A stretch of 32,000 nt of DNA from Thermosulfurimonas dismutans (lineage in GTDB: Bacteria > Desulfobacterota > Thermodesulfobacteria > Thermodesulfobacteriales > Thermodesulfobacteriaceae), in the NCBI RefSeq assembly GCF_001652585.1, contig NZ_LWLG01000002.1, positions 150,001 to 182,000 on the forward strand, given 5' to 3'. This document shows positions 1-10,827 of the stretch, piece after piece (positions within the stretch are counted from its first letter, which is position 1; each line of letters begins with the position of its first letter). The notes under the pieces are model-generated. The model was not told the origin of the DNA and searched no databases. It saw nothing but the letters and a program-made list of their open reading frames with translations. Both the position numbers and the translations under genes were made by a program.

Positions 1-1042
<1,042 letters not shown>

Positions 1043-1046
<4 letters not shown>

Positions 1047-2386
1047 GCCTCACCAATCTCGCCAAGCCATTCGTAAAACCTTGTAAGGGCCCTTTCAGCC
1101 ATAAGACGGTAGCGTTCCCGTTTGGGAAAGCGTTTCCGTTCTCGGCGTGGAAGGTCGAGAGGAGGGAAGAGTCCCCAGTTTATGTTCATGGGCTGGAAGT
1201 GATGAGGGTCGGCCTCCATGAGATAACGAATAAGAGCCCCGTGACCGGTTTCCGGCGGGGGAACCACCAGGGCCTTACCGTGAATGATACGGGCGGCGTT
1301 GATGCCAGCGATAAGGCCCATAGCCGTAGATTCAACGTAGCCTTCAACCCCGGTAATCTGGCCGGCGAGAAAGATACGGGCCTCGGCCCGAAGCTGCAGC
1401 GTCGGCTTTAGCACCTTCGGAGCGCAGACGAAGGTATTCCGATGAATGGAGCCGTAGCGGGCGAATTCCGCCTTCTCAAGACCGGGAATCATCCGGAAGA
1501 CTCGCTCTTGCTCCGGATACTTGAGCTTGGTCTGAAAGCCCACCAGGTTGTATAGGGTGCCATCCCGGTTCTCCGGACGGAGTTGAACCACGGCGTAAGG
1601 CTCTTTACCGGTGCGGGGGTCAATAAGCCCCACCGGCTTCATGGGGCCGAAACGTAGGGTATCTTCCCCTCGCTCGGCCATGACCTCTATGGGAAGACAA
1701 CCTTCAAAATATCTGGGTTTTTCAAATTCTTTAAGCGGCACCTTTTCCGCAGCAAGAAGTTCCTTGACAAATCTCCGGTATTCCTCCTCGGACAGAGGGC
1801 AGTTCACATAACTCCCTTCCCCTTTACCGTAACGGTCGGCCTTGAAGACCTTGTCCCAATTTATAGACTCGGCGTAGACGATAGGAGCAATGGCATCGTA
1901 GAAATGAAAATAATCCTCTCCGGTAAAGCGCTTGAGATCCTCGGCCAGGGCCTCAGAGGTAAGCGGACCGGTGGCCACAATTACAAGACCTTCTCTTGGT
2001 ATCTCAGTTATTTCCCGGCGTTCAATGGTAATCAGGGGATGTCCCTCGAGTTTCCGAGTGATGTGGTCTGCAAAAAGTTCCCGATCAACCGCAAGCGCTT
2101 TTCCGGCCTTAACCTCACTGGCTAGAGCCGCCTCCATGATAAGGGAATTTAGTCGGCGCATCTCTTCCTTGAGTAATCCCACCGCACTAGTAATCTCCTT
2201 TGAACGCAGGGAATTTGAACAAACCAGTTCTCCGAGCTTTCCGGTACGGTGAGCGGGAGTCAACTTCCGGGGACGCATCTCAAAGAGTCTCACCCGTACG
2301 CCTCGACGGGCAAGTTGCCAAGCGGCCTCCGAGCCCGCAAGTCCTCCGCCGATAACGATCACTTCCTTAGCCATGGGCTTCACCAT
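1043..2386 (-). CDS. trmFO: Methylenetetrahydrofolate--tRNA-(uracil54-C5)-methyltransferase TrmFO (Gid)
   Basis: 447 aa with an N-terminal FAD motif [16 protein letters not shown]. Also carries CSNSLRS and [12 protein letters not shown], and the length is right for TrmFO. The start could instead be the ATG at 2374. Confidence 0.9.
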
Positions 2387-2483
2387 CCCTACGGAAAAAG
2401 CGAATCTGAATAAAAGATTGTAATGGACTCAAAACTCCCGATTTAAAGAGGCTTGCCTTTGTACTCCCAAAATAACCTAAGAT

Positions 2484-4259
2484 TTAGAACAGATCTACTA
2501 CATCCGAGGTCACAATCCGAGGAGTAATAAAGACAATCAATTCATTTTTAGAAAATGAGCGCAAACGATTCTTGAAAAGTTCTCCTGCTCCTGGAATATC
2601 GGAAAGCCCTGGCACCTTATCGTTGCTACGAGAAAAATCGCGCTCGATGATACCTCCTATGACCACAGTCTCCCCATTCTGCACAAAAACTCTGGTTTTA
2701 GCATATCTTGTAACAATAGAAGGCACTCCATTCACCTGCCGTCCGAAATCCGGAGCATTCTTCTCTATTTCGAGTTCTAGGTTTATACGATTATCAGGAG
2801 TTACGTGGGGGGTCACCTTAAGCCGCAAAGCAGCATCCACAAACTCGGTAGAAATTCCATCCTGAGTCTGTCTTAAATAAGGAATCCGAAAACCCTGTTT
2901 AATTTCAGCCTCCTGATGATCTTCCGTAATAACCCTAGGGGCCGAAATGATACGGGCAACCCCTTCGCTTTCCAAGGCCGAAAGCTGGGCATCCAGCAGA
3001 AGGACCGAATCTTTGCTCACATGTCCAAAAGTAAAGCCCAAGCGAGAAGTACCGGCCACCCCTAGATCTACAATAGCCCCTGGATCGATACCAATAACAA
3101 TATCTCCCGGATTAGTGCCCGAACCGTCCTTTATAGAAAAATCAGAGCTAGGCGTGATCCCGGTAAAGGTATGTTGACTTAAACGCCAACCGGCCCCAGA
3201 CCAGCGAATACCTAACTTATGCTCATAGCTATCTTGGACTTCTATAATCCTGGCCTCTATCAAGACCTGTTTAGTAGGCTGATCAAGTTTCCGTATTAAT
3301 TCTTTGGCTTCTTTAATGACCTTGTGCACATCTTTAAGAATAATCTGGTTAGTCCTCTCTTCGTAAGTAACTTCACCACGGGGAGAAAGAATTTTTTCAA
3401 TCTGTTTGGATATGTTTTCAGCTTTGGAATAGTTCACCTGCAGATAAACCGTCTCAAGAGGGCCTTGTTCCTCTTCTCTAGCTTGTTCGCGCAAAATATC
3501 TGCAATTTTTTGGGCCTGACTATAAAGCTCATCTAAAGGGGCTACTCTTACAATATTGCCCATCCTTATCATCCCCAAGCCTTTGGTAGATAACACCATA
3601 TCCAACACCTGATCCCAGGGCACATTCTCGAGCTTCAAAGTGATAGTGCCTTTGACACTATCACTTACTACGACATTAAAACCACCAATTTTGGCCAAAA
3701 GCCTAAGAACCGCATGAATATCTGCGTTTTGAAAATCCACTGAAATAGGGGTTCCATTATATTGTCCTCGAGTCAAAGGCACTTCGATTTGATTCTCTAA
3801 AGAGGGAAGTTTAATATTTTTATACCAAACATTGCCTTCTTTTTTCTTAAATGGAGTTTTTTGGACAGCATTCTTTTTCGAAACCACAAGAGTTAAGTAT
3901 AATTCTTTTTTTTTCTTTTTTTCTTTATATTGTATAGGCTCCTCGGTAACAAAATCCATTTTAATGTTTGATCCTTCAACTCCAACATCTATACTTTTAA
4001 TTATGGTTTTTTGAATTTTTCTAATCCAATCTGTACTATCAATTCGAGTATTATTAAATTCTATAATCAAACCTTTTCCGTCTTTTTTAAGCTGTAACGT
4101 ATATATAGGTAAAATATCTTTGAATTTAAAAATTACAACAGAGCCTTTATCTATCGAAAAAATTCTGACATCTTCAAGAAGATTATATTCGGCTAAAGCG
4201 AAAGAAGAGAACAAAAAAAGAAAAAAAATACAAAAGAGTTTATATTTAAGGCACTTCAT
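2484..4259 (-). CDS. pilQ: Type IV pilus secretin PilQ
   Basis: 591 aa with a signal peptide (FLFSSFALA). The C-terminal secretin domain ends in VPGLSDIPGAGELFKNR...LIVFITPRIV. It is the last gene of a pilMNOPQ-ordered operon. Confidence 0.85.
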   Translation of the reverse strand: MKCLKYKLFCIFFLFLFSSFALAEYNLLEDVRIFSIDKGSVVIFKFKDILPIYTLQLKKDGKGLIIEFNNTRIDSTDWIRKIQKTIIKSIDVGVEGSNIKMDFVTEEPIQYKEKKKKKELYLTLVVSKKNAVQKTPFKKKEGNVWYKNIKLPSLENQIEVPLTRGQYNGTPISVDFQNADIHAVLRLLAKIGGFNVVVSDSVKGTITLKLENVPWDQVLDMVLSTKGLGMIRMGNIVRVAPLDELYSQAQKIADILREQAREEEQGPLETVYLQVNYSKAENISKQIEKILSPRGEVTYEERTNQIILKDVHKVIKEAKELIRKLDQPTKQVLIEARIIEVQDSYEHKLGIRWSGAGWRLSQHTFTGITPSSDFSIKDGSGTNPGDIVIGIDPGAIVDLGVAGTSRLGFTFGHVSKDSVLLLDAQLSALESEGVARIISAPRVITEDHQEAEIKQGFRIPYLRQTQDGISTEFVDAALRLKVTPHVTPDNRINLELEIEKNAPDFGRQVNGVPSIVTRYAKTRVFVQNGETVVIGGIIERDFSRSNDKVPGLSDIPGAGELFKNRLRSFSKNELIVFITPRIVTSDVVDLF

Positions 4260-4776
4260 GATTTTCCTCCGTAGGCCTCAATTTTATAACAATTTCTCTT
4301 ATAATTTCATTCCCCAGAAAATCAGTAGACTTTTCCTTAACGAGGATATAATCATTACCAATCTTAGCAAGATAACCTTCATTTTGACCTATCTTAGTGC
4401 CTACAGAAACCATATATCCTTTGCCAGAAGGGTCTTCTATAAGAGCCCATCTCCTCTTACCTTTCTGGACGATTCCCGTAAGCTTGAGTTCTTTTAAACT
4501 CCATCTTTCAAGAGGAGACAAAGGCTTTCGAGGTTCCTCTCTAGGCTTTTCCTTAAAAAAGGGAGCAAAAGGATTCCCATATCCCACAAGTCTGGTATGA
4601 TACGTTTCAGCCTTTAAAATATTTTTCCATTTCTCAAGGTCCTCATCTATAATTTTCACTTCTTTCTTAGGTTTAACTGTTGAACTTATAGTAATCTTTT
4701 CTTCTTTTTTACAACTAACCAAAAAGATCACGCTCATTAGCAAAAACCACACCAAAAAGACAGATTGTTTTCTCAT
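4246..4776 (-). CDS. pilP: Type IV pilus assembly lipoprotein PilP
   Basis: 176 aa with a lipobox-like signal (IFLVSC). Size and position between pilO and pilQ fit PilP. Start and stop overlap the neighbouring genes. Confidence 0.6.
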   Translation of the reverse strand: MRKQSVFLVWFLLMSVIFLVSCKKEEKITISSTVKPKKEVKIIDEDLEKWKNILKAETYHTRLVGYGNPFAPFFKEKPREEPRKPLSPLERWSLKELKLTGIVQKGKRRWALIEDPSGKGYMVSVGTKIGQNEGYLAKIGNDYILVKEKSTDFLGNEIIREIVIKLRPTEENHEVP

Positions 4777-5405
4777 TTTTTCTTTCGCCCAGAACTTGAA
4801 GTTACAACCTTACCTGTATATCTATAAGTATAAAAAGTACATTTACTATATAAATTAATATTGTTTTTAACTTCACCAATGTTGACATAAATATTATTTA
4901 GTGTAATTATCCGTAAAAGACGCTCAACTTTATCTAGAAACAAAACCAATTGTTGAAAATCCCCCTTAACCTCGATGTCAAAAGGAATAATATTATAGTA
5001 ATCTTGAGGTATCTCTCGTCTAGGAGTAAAAGAAATCACTTCCAAACCCGATCTTTTAGCTTGTTCGGAAACATTACTTAATAACTCCGGAATCTCTTTT
5101 TCACTGGGCAAGGTAACTATTATCTTTTTCAAAAATATCTTCCTTCTTTGTAACTTTTTCTCTAACAACGTCTTTTGTAGAGCCAGCTTTTTATATTTAG
5201 AAATCTCCTCCTTTAATTGGATAATTTCCCTACGCAATCCTTTGATATTTTTATACTTTGGGACAAAATACCAATAACCGTACAAGAAACTCGGCAGTAA
5301 TAAAGAAAGAATAGCTAACAAACATTTCTGTTGAAAACTGAGGGATTCTAATTGCTTACCAAACCACATCTTGAGAACTAAGACTTTTTCCTTCAACATC
5401 AACAT
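4773..5405 (-). CDS. pilO: Type IV pilus assembly protein PilO
   Basis: 210 aa with one N-terminal TM, then a coiled-coil region and a C-terminal alpha/beta domain. It sits between pilN and pilP. The call rests mostly on synteny. Confidence 0.6.
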   Translation of the reverse strand: MLMLKEKVLVLKMWFGKQLESLSFQQKCLLAILSLLLPSFLYGYWYFVPKYKNIKGLRREIIQLKEEISKYKKLALQKTLLEKKLQRRKIFLKKIIVTLPSEKEIPELLSNVSEQAKRSGLEVISFTPRREIPQDYYNIIPFDIEVKGDFQQLVLFLDKVERLLRIITLNNIYVNIGEVKNNINLYSKCTFYTYRYTGKVVTSSSGRKKK

Positions 5406-5406
5406 T

Positions 5407-5949
5407 TCAATACTTAATCCATATCCTAAATTCTACAAGATTATAACCCTTAACGTTTTTTTGTTTGGTATATTGTAGATTAACTTCTTTAAACAAATCT
5501 CCGGTACTTTCCAGCTTTTTAAGAAAAATAGCCACATTCTCGTAATCAACAGCAAAACCAACTATAGTTACCATTGAATTACTCAATTCCAAACGGGTTA
5601 AATATATTTTTCCCAAAGGCACAGCCAATAAGACGTCGTCTAACACTTTAATATTATGTCCTTTTTTCTTTTTAAGATTTATAATCGCTTCTATCCTATT
5701 TTTAATTTCCTGATTTTCCTTTTTAAGTTGCCCGATCTTTCTTATCACTTTTCGATATCTATTTCTCTCTTGTTGAAGAAAACTTTTTTCTCTTTCCAGC
5801 AATGCAAGCTCCCTATTAATCCAAATAAATGAAAACAATATAGTTACCAATAAAATCAACAAAACAGAAATATATAAATTAAGCCAACTCACACGAAAAA
5901 CAAACCTCTTTCTCTCTTCTCTAGGAATGAAGTTCAACTTAATAATCAT
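5407..5949 (-). CDS. pilN: Type IV pilus assembly protein PilN
   Basis: 180 aa. The N-terminal LNFIPREERKRF resembles the conserved PilN INLLPWR motif. It has a single TM and a coiled coil, and overlaps the pilM stop by 4 nt. Confidence 0.65.
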   Translation of the reverse strand: MIIKLNFIPREERKRFVFRVSWLNLYISVLLILLVTILFSFIWINRELALLEREKSFLQQERNRYRKVIRKIGQLKKENQEIKNRIEAIINLKKKKGHNIKVLDDVLLAVPLGKIYLTRLELSNSMVTIVGFAVDYENVAIFLKKLESTGDLFKEVNLQYTKQKNVKGYNLVEFRIWIKY

Positions 5950-6983
5950 GCCACGAACTCTCTAACAGCTTGAGAAATGGCAATTACCCCAATCTTATTC
6001 AACTCCAAAATATAATCTTCATCAAAATCATTACAAAAGATGATTTTATCTGAAATATTCAAATCTTTAACAGGAATTTCGAATTTTTCTTGCAAAAATT
6101 CAGACATTCCAGATATTAAAGCCCCCCCTCCAATAACAAAAACTTCCTCTGGATGAGAATAATATTTTGCCTTAAAAATATTTAAACTATTTTCCAATTC
6201 TCCCACCAAAGACCGAAAAAATTCAGTATATATCTCCTTTATTGCATAACCTCTCTCGTCATCGGGGATTTCAAATTTTATATTCTCAGCCTCTTCAAAA
6301 CTTAAATCTAATTCTTGAGCAATATTTTCAGTAATATTAGAAAGCCCCAAGGCAATTTCTCTAGAAAATAATGGTCCATTTTTATCAACAAAAATAGCTA
6401 ATGTTTTAGAAGCTCCAATATCTATAATCATTCTTGCCGAAGGTCCATACAAATACTCTAACAGATTAGAAATACCAAACACATCGATATCAATAGCATT
6501 AACATTCAAGCCTATTTTAGAAAAAATTTCTATAAATTTATTAACATATTCTTTCTTGGATACTGCAAAGATAATTTCATATTCATTATCTTTTATAATA
6601 GGGAAATAATCATAATAAACCTCATTAATATCGAAAGGAATAAAAGCTTCTATTTCTTCTTTTACAGCGGCAGAAAGATCGCTTCCTTCTCGCAAAGAAA
6701 CCGGAATACGATCATAGAGAGCAGTATAGGCATACAAACCCATGTTTAAATTTCGAGTTTTAGTTTTCAAATTTTCTAACAAGCTTTTCAAGCTTTTTAA
6801 AAAAATTTCCTCATTTTGGACAAGACCATCAACCACAACTCCTTTTGGCAATCTTATTTGAGCGAATCCCGTAATAACTATTTTAGAGCCTTTGAGAGTA
6901 GCCTCAGCAAGTTTTAAAGAATAAGTTCCTATATCAAGACCCAAAAAAGATTTTTGGCCCGTCAGTCTCGCAAGAAATTGCAT
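5946..6983 (-). CDS. pilM: Type IV pilus assembly ATPase-like protein PilM (actin/FtsA fold)
   Basis: An FtsA-like fold is indicated by LGLDIGTYSLKLAE and VFVIGGGALISG. I chose the ATG at 6983, preceded by GAGGGGG, over the longer ORF start at 7052. Confidence 0.8.
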   Translation of the reverse strand: MQFLARLTGQKSFLGLDIGTYSLKLAEATLKGSKIVITGFAQIRLPKGVVVDGLVQNEEIFLKSLKSLLENLKTKTRNLNMGLYAYTALYDRIPVSLREGSDLSAAVKEEIEAFIPFDINEVYYDYFPIIKDNEYEIIFAVSKKEYVNKFIEIFSKIGLNVNAIDIDVFGISNLLEYLYGPSARMIIDIGASKTLAIFVDKNGPLFSREIALGLSNITENIAQELDLSFEEAENIKFEIPDDERGYAIKEIYTEFFRSLVGELENSLNIFKAKYYSHPEEVFVIGGGALISGMSEFLQEKFEIPVKDLNISDKIIFCNDFDEDYILELNKIGVIAISQAVREFVA

Positions 6984-7098
6984 TATGCCCCCTCTTTCCC
7001 TTTCATAGCCTAAATGAATTGCTCTTGTCAAGTAGCCAAAGTAATTTATCATTTATAGATACTTTAAAACTAAACATTTCGTATGGATCTAAATTAAG

Positions 7099-8898
7099 AT
7101 GAAAATTTTCCCCCAGGAAAGAATAAGAAATTTTAGTATTATTGCTCACGTAGATCACGGAAAATCTACACTGGCAGACCGTTTGCTTGAGGCTACCGGT
7201 GCAGTCTCGGAAAGGGAAATGCGGGATCAGTTCTTAGATCGCCTGGATCTCGAAAGAGAAAGAGGAATCACCATAAAGGCCCAGGCGGTGCGTCTTTATT
7301 ACAAAGCTCAAGATGGTGAGGTTTACCAACTCAATCTCATTGATACCCCCGGGCACGTAGATTTCTCTTATGAGGTCTCGCGGGCCCTTTCGGCCTGCGA
7401 GGGAGCCCTTCTGGTGGTGGACGCCTCCCAGGGGGTCGAGGCCCAGACCCTAGCTAATGTCTACTTGGCTCTGGAAAACGATCTTGAGATCATTCCGGTC
7501 TTAAACAAGATTGATCTTCCTCAAGCGGACCCCGAACGGGTAAAACGTGAAATCGAAGAAATTATAGGACTTCCAACGGATGAGGCCATCCTAGCCAGTG
7601 CCAAACACGGCATCGGAACCAAAGAAATACTTGAAGCCATCGTCAAAAAGATTCCTCCTCCCCAAGGAGATCGAAAAAAACCTTTAAGGGCCCTTATTTT
7701 TGACTCTTGGTATGATCCCTATTTGGGGGTAGTGGTCCTTATTCGAGTGGTGGAGGGCAAGATCTATCCTGGCCAAAGAATTCGGTTGGTTTCCACCGGA
7801 AAGGTTTACGAAGTGACTAAGGTAGGCGTTTTCGCCCCCAACCCCTCCAGTGTGGACGCCCTTTATGCCGGAGAAGTAGGTTTCTTCGCCGCCAGTATCA
7901 AAGAAGTCCGGGAAACCCGCATTGGAGACACGGTAACAGAAGCCGAAGCCGAAGTAGAACCGCTTCCCGGATTCAGGGAAGTAAAACCCATGGTCTTTGC
8001 CGGGATCTTTCCGGTAGTAAGCGATGACTATGAAGATTTACGGGAGGCCATCGAAAAGCTTTGGCTTAACGATCCGGCCTTTTCTTACGAACCTGAAACC
8101 TCGGCGGCTTTGGGGCATGGTTTCCGGTGTGGATTCCAAGGGTTGTTGCACATGGAAATCGTGCAAGAGAGGCTCGAAAGGGAGTTCGGTCTAAATCTCA
8201 TCACTACGGCCCCTTCGGTGAAGTATAGAGTAGAGCTCACTGACGGACAAGAAATGGAAATAGAAAACCCGGCTCAGTGGCCGGATCCTGCCCGAATCAA
8301 GGTCGTCAAAGAACCTTATATCCGGGCGGAGATCTATACCCCCAAGGATTATATCGGCCCCATTCTCCGTCTTTGCGAGGAGAAGCGTGGCCTTCAAAAA
8401 GAAATTCGTTATCTTACCCCAGAAAGGGTCCTTATCATTTACGAGCTTCCTTTTGCGGAAGTAGTTCTTGATTTCTTTGATCGGCTAAAATCAGTCTCTC
8501 GAGGCTACGCCTCTATGGACTATCAGCTTTTGGAATATCGGCCCGGAGATCTAGTCAAAATGGACATTCTAATCAATAAACAGCCGGTAGACGCTCTATC
8601 GGTCATCGTCCATCGGGATAAGGCTTATTACCGCGGCCGAGAATTGGTAGCCAAGCTCAAGGAAGTCATCCCACGGCAACTCTTCGAGGTCGTCATTCAG
8701 GCGGCCATCGGATCCAAAATCATCGCCCGAGAAAGGATCCCACCGCTACGCAAAGACGTGCTTGCCAAGTGTTACGGTGGCGACGTCACGCGAAAGAAAA
8801 AATTGCTTGAAAAACAAAAAGAAGGTAAGAAGCGCATGAAGGCCTTGGGGCAGGTAGAAATTCCTCAGGAGGCCTTCCTGGCAGTCTTAAAAATTTAA
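7099..8898 (+). CDS. lepA: Translation elongation factor 4 (LepA)
   Basis: 599 aa with GTPase motifs [17 protein letters not shown] and NKID. It also has the LepA-specific C-terminal domain ([18 protein letters not shown]). Confidence 0.95.
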   Translation: MKIFPQERIRNFSIIAHVDHGKSTLADRLLEATGAVSEREMRDQFLDRLDLERERGITIKAQAVRLYYKAQDGEVYQLNLIDTPGHVDFSYEVSRALSACEGALLVVDASQGVEAQTLANVYLALENDLEIIPVLNKIDLPQADPERVKREIEEIIGLPTDEAILASAKHGIGTKEILEAIVKKIPPPQGDRKKPLRALIFDSWYDPYLGVVVLIRVVEGKIYPGQRIRLVSTGKVYEVTKVGVFAPNPSSVDALYAGEVGFFAASIKEVRETRIGDTVTEAEAEVEPLPGFREVKPMVFAGIFPVVSDDYEDLREAIEKLWLNDPAFSYEPETSAALGHGFRCGFQGLLHMEIVQERLEREFGLNLITTAPSVKYRVELTDGQEMEIENPAQWPDPARIKVVKEPYIRAEIYTPKDYIGPILRLCEEKRGLQKEIRYLTPERVLIIYELPFAEVVLDFFDRLKSVSRGYASMDYQLLEYRPGDLVKMDILINKQPVDALSVIVHRDKAYYRGRELVAKLKEVIPRQLFEVVIQAAIGSKIIARERIPPLRKDVLAKCYGGDVTRKKKLLEKQKEGKKRMKALGQVEIPQEAFLAVLKI

Positions 8899-8919
8899 AA
8901 AAGTTTAAAGGAGCCTTTA

Positions 8920-9540
8920 GTGTCACAAAAAAAGGATTTTTGGGACAAGGTTTGGGAATGGGTAAAGAGTATTGTCCTTGCTCTCATCCTGGCCCTTTTT
9001 ATCCGGACCTTTTTCGTACAGGCCTACAAGATCCCATCCGGCTCCATGATACCCACCCTTCTTATCGGGGATCACATCCTAGTTAACAAATTCGTTTATG
9101 GGGTAAGAAATCCATTTAACAGAGACCTCTGGATAAAGGGACGCCTTCCGAAACGCCAGGAGATCATCGTTTTCATCTATCCCAAAAATCGAAAACTCGA
9201 CTTCATCAAAAGAGTCATCGGCCTTCCTGGCGACGTGATCGAGATCCGAAACAAGCAGGTTTGGGTCAATGGCCAGCCCTTAAATGAGCCCTATGTCCAG
9301 CACACCGATCCCAAGATCCTACCTCCGGAATTGAGTCCCCGGGATAATTTCGGCCCGGTAAAAGTTCCTCCTGGGCATCTTTTCGTGATGGGAGACAATC
9401 GGGATGAGAGTTACGACAGTCGCTTTTGGGGGTTTGTGCCCATTAGGGATGTCAAGGGTAAGGCCTTCATCATCTATTTCTCTTGGGATCCCAAAAACTT
9501 TCACATCCGTTTTCGGAGGATCGGACGACTCATCCATTGA
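8920..9540 (+). CDS. lepB: Signal peptidase I
   Basis: 206 aa with a GTG start and one TM. It has the catalytic Ser box IPSGSMIPTL, the Lys box IKRVIGLPGD and GDNRDESYDSRFWG. lepA-lepB synteny supports the call. Confidence 0.9.
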   Translation: MSQKKDFWDKVWEWVKSIVLALILALFIRTFFVQAYKIPSGSMIPTLLIGDHILVNKFVYGVRNPFNRDLWIKGRLPKRQEIIVFIYPKNRKLDFIKRVIGLPGDVIEIRNKQVWVNGQPLNEPYVQHTDPKILPPELSPRDNFGPVKVPPGHLFVMGDNRDESYDSRFWGFVPIRDVKGKAFIIYFSWDPKNFHIRFRRIGRLIH

Positions 9541-10791
9541 TTAGCGAATATTACTCCAGGAAGCGAAACTAATATTGTCTCCAGGAAGATACAACCTATG
9601 GACAGCCCCGTTAGCCAAAAAGAGATATAGTCCCCGCCCTTCAGGCCCACGACCAGAAGCTAAAATAAAGTTCCCGTTGGGACCAAAAACGGGGGCCTCA
9701 TAAGAGCCCTCCTCGCTTATGGCTACCGGTAAGCCTCCCTCGGGATCAAGAGTAAAGAGTACAAAACGTCCCTTGACGTTTCCAGCATAGACGATTCGAT
9801 CCCCCCTAGGTGACCAAGAAGGTGAAACATTGTATTTTCCTGAAAATGTTAGGCGTCGTGTCCCACCGGTTAAAAAATCATAAATGTAGATCTGAGGGCT
9901 TCCAGTACGATCAGATACAAAGGCCAGATATTTACCATCCGGGGAGAAACTACCGCCGGTGCTTACTCCTTGTCCATAGGTCAGACGTCGCAAAATCCTT
10001 CCTTTAAGGTCGATCAAATAAAGGTCTGGGGCCCCGTCCTTGCTCAAGGTTACCACCAGGCGTTTCTCGTCCGGATGCCAGACCGGAGACGAATTCAACC
10101 CCGGATAGGCCGAGACCCTGCGTATTCTACCTGAAGACAATTCAAGGACCATGACTTCCGGGCGGCCCCTTTCATAAGAAACGAAAGCCAGAAGCCTGCC
10201 GGAAGGGGAAAGACGCGGAGTCAAAATAATGGGAGCTTTATAAACCACACGTAAGCCATAGTGGTCGTAATCCATCACGCATAGTTCGTCCCCTTGAGGG
10301 GTTCGTCTCACAAAGGCCACTCGAGAATAGGCCACTCCCGGGAAACCGGCCATCTTCTCTACTGCTTGATCCACAAACCGATGGATCATATAACGGCCGG
10401 CCTCTATGGGCCCTTGGAAGGCTTTATAGAGGAGGATCTCTTCGGTAAATAGATCCTCCAGTTTTAAGGATACCTTAAAAGCAGGGGATAAGGAGAGAAT
10501 CTCTCCGGAAATGAAATATTCTTTCAAATGGGCCCCTCTTACCGGCGGTTCCCTGAGAACATCGAAGACCAGGTGGAGTTTGAGATCTTGCTCAAGTACA
10601 GTGACCAGACGGTGAGAGACCTCTCGCGGTCCTTTTATACCCGAGAATCTTACGGGAATGGGTGAGAAAGTGGGTTTGTCGATGACAACTGTAATCTCTT
10701 CGGCCTTCAAAAGAGAGGCCCAAAAAATAGCGAAACAAAGCGCCCAAAACCAAAGCCCCTTTTTGACTCTCTGAAAGTTCAGGTTTATCAT
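9541..10791 (-). CDS. TolB-like periplasmic beta-propeller protein
   Basis: A signal peptide is followed by a TolB N-domain. Repeated propeller blades include SPSGRLLAFVS, SPVWHPDEKRLV, SFSPDGKYLAFVSDRTGSPQIY and SPSWSPRGDRIVY. I chose the ATG at 10791 (MINLNF...) over 10827. Confidence 0.8.
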   Translation of the reverse strand: MINLNFQRVKKGLWFWALCFAIFWASLLKAEEITVVIDKPTFSPIPVRFSGIKGPREVSHRLVTVLEQDLKLHLVFDVLREPPVRGAHLKEYFISGEILSLSPAFKVSLKLEDLFTEEILLYKAFQGPIEAGRYMIHRFVDQAVEKMAGFPGVAYSRVAFVRRTPQGDELCVMDYDHYGLRVVYKAPIILTPRLSPSGRLLAFVSYERGRPEVMVLELSSGRIRRVSAYPGLNSSPVWHPDEKRLVVTLSKDGAPDLYLIDLKGRILRRLTYGQGVSTGGSFSPDGKYLAFVSDRTGSPQIYIYDFLTGGTRRLTFSGKYNVSPSWSPRGDRIVYAGNVKGRFVLFTLDPEGGLPVAISEEGSYEAPVFGPNGNFILASGRGPEGRGLYLFLANGAVHRLYLPGDNISFASWSNIR

Positions 10792-10827
10792 TGTCTTTGA
10801 ATATAGGCAAAAGAGAGGGGAAGTCAA

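Noticed and set aside
3906-3922. Homopolymer tracts in pilQ as possible slipped-strand phase-variation switches. They are T9 and T7 on the plus strand (A9/A7 on the coding strand, encoding a KKKKK linker), with A7/A8 at 4213-4228 in the signal peptide.
   Set aside because: The reading frame is intact, and the tracts fit the extreme AT-richness and Lys/Phe codon usage of this operon. A single sequence gives no evidence of length variation. This can only be tested with population or read-level data.
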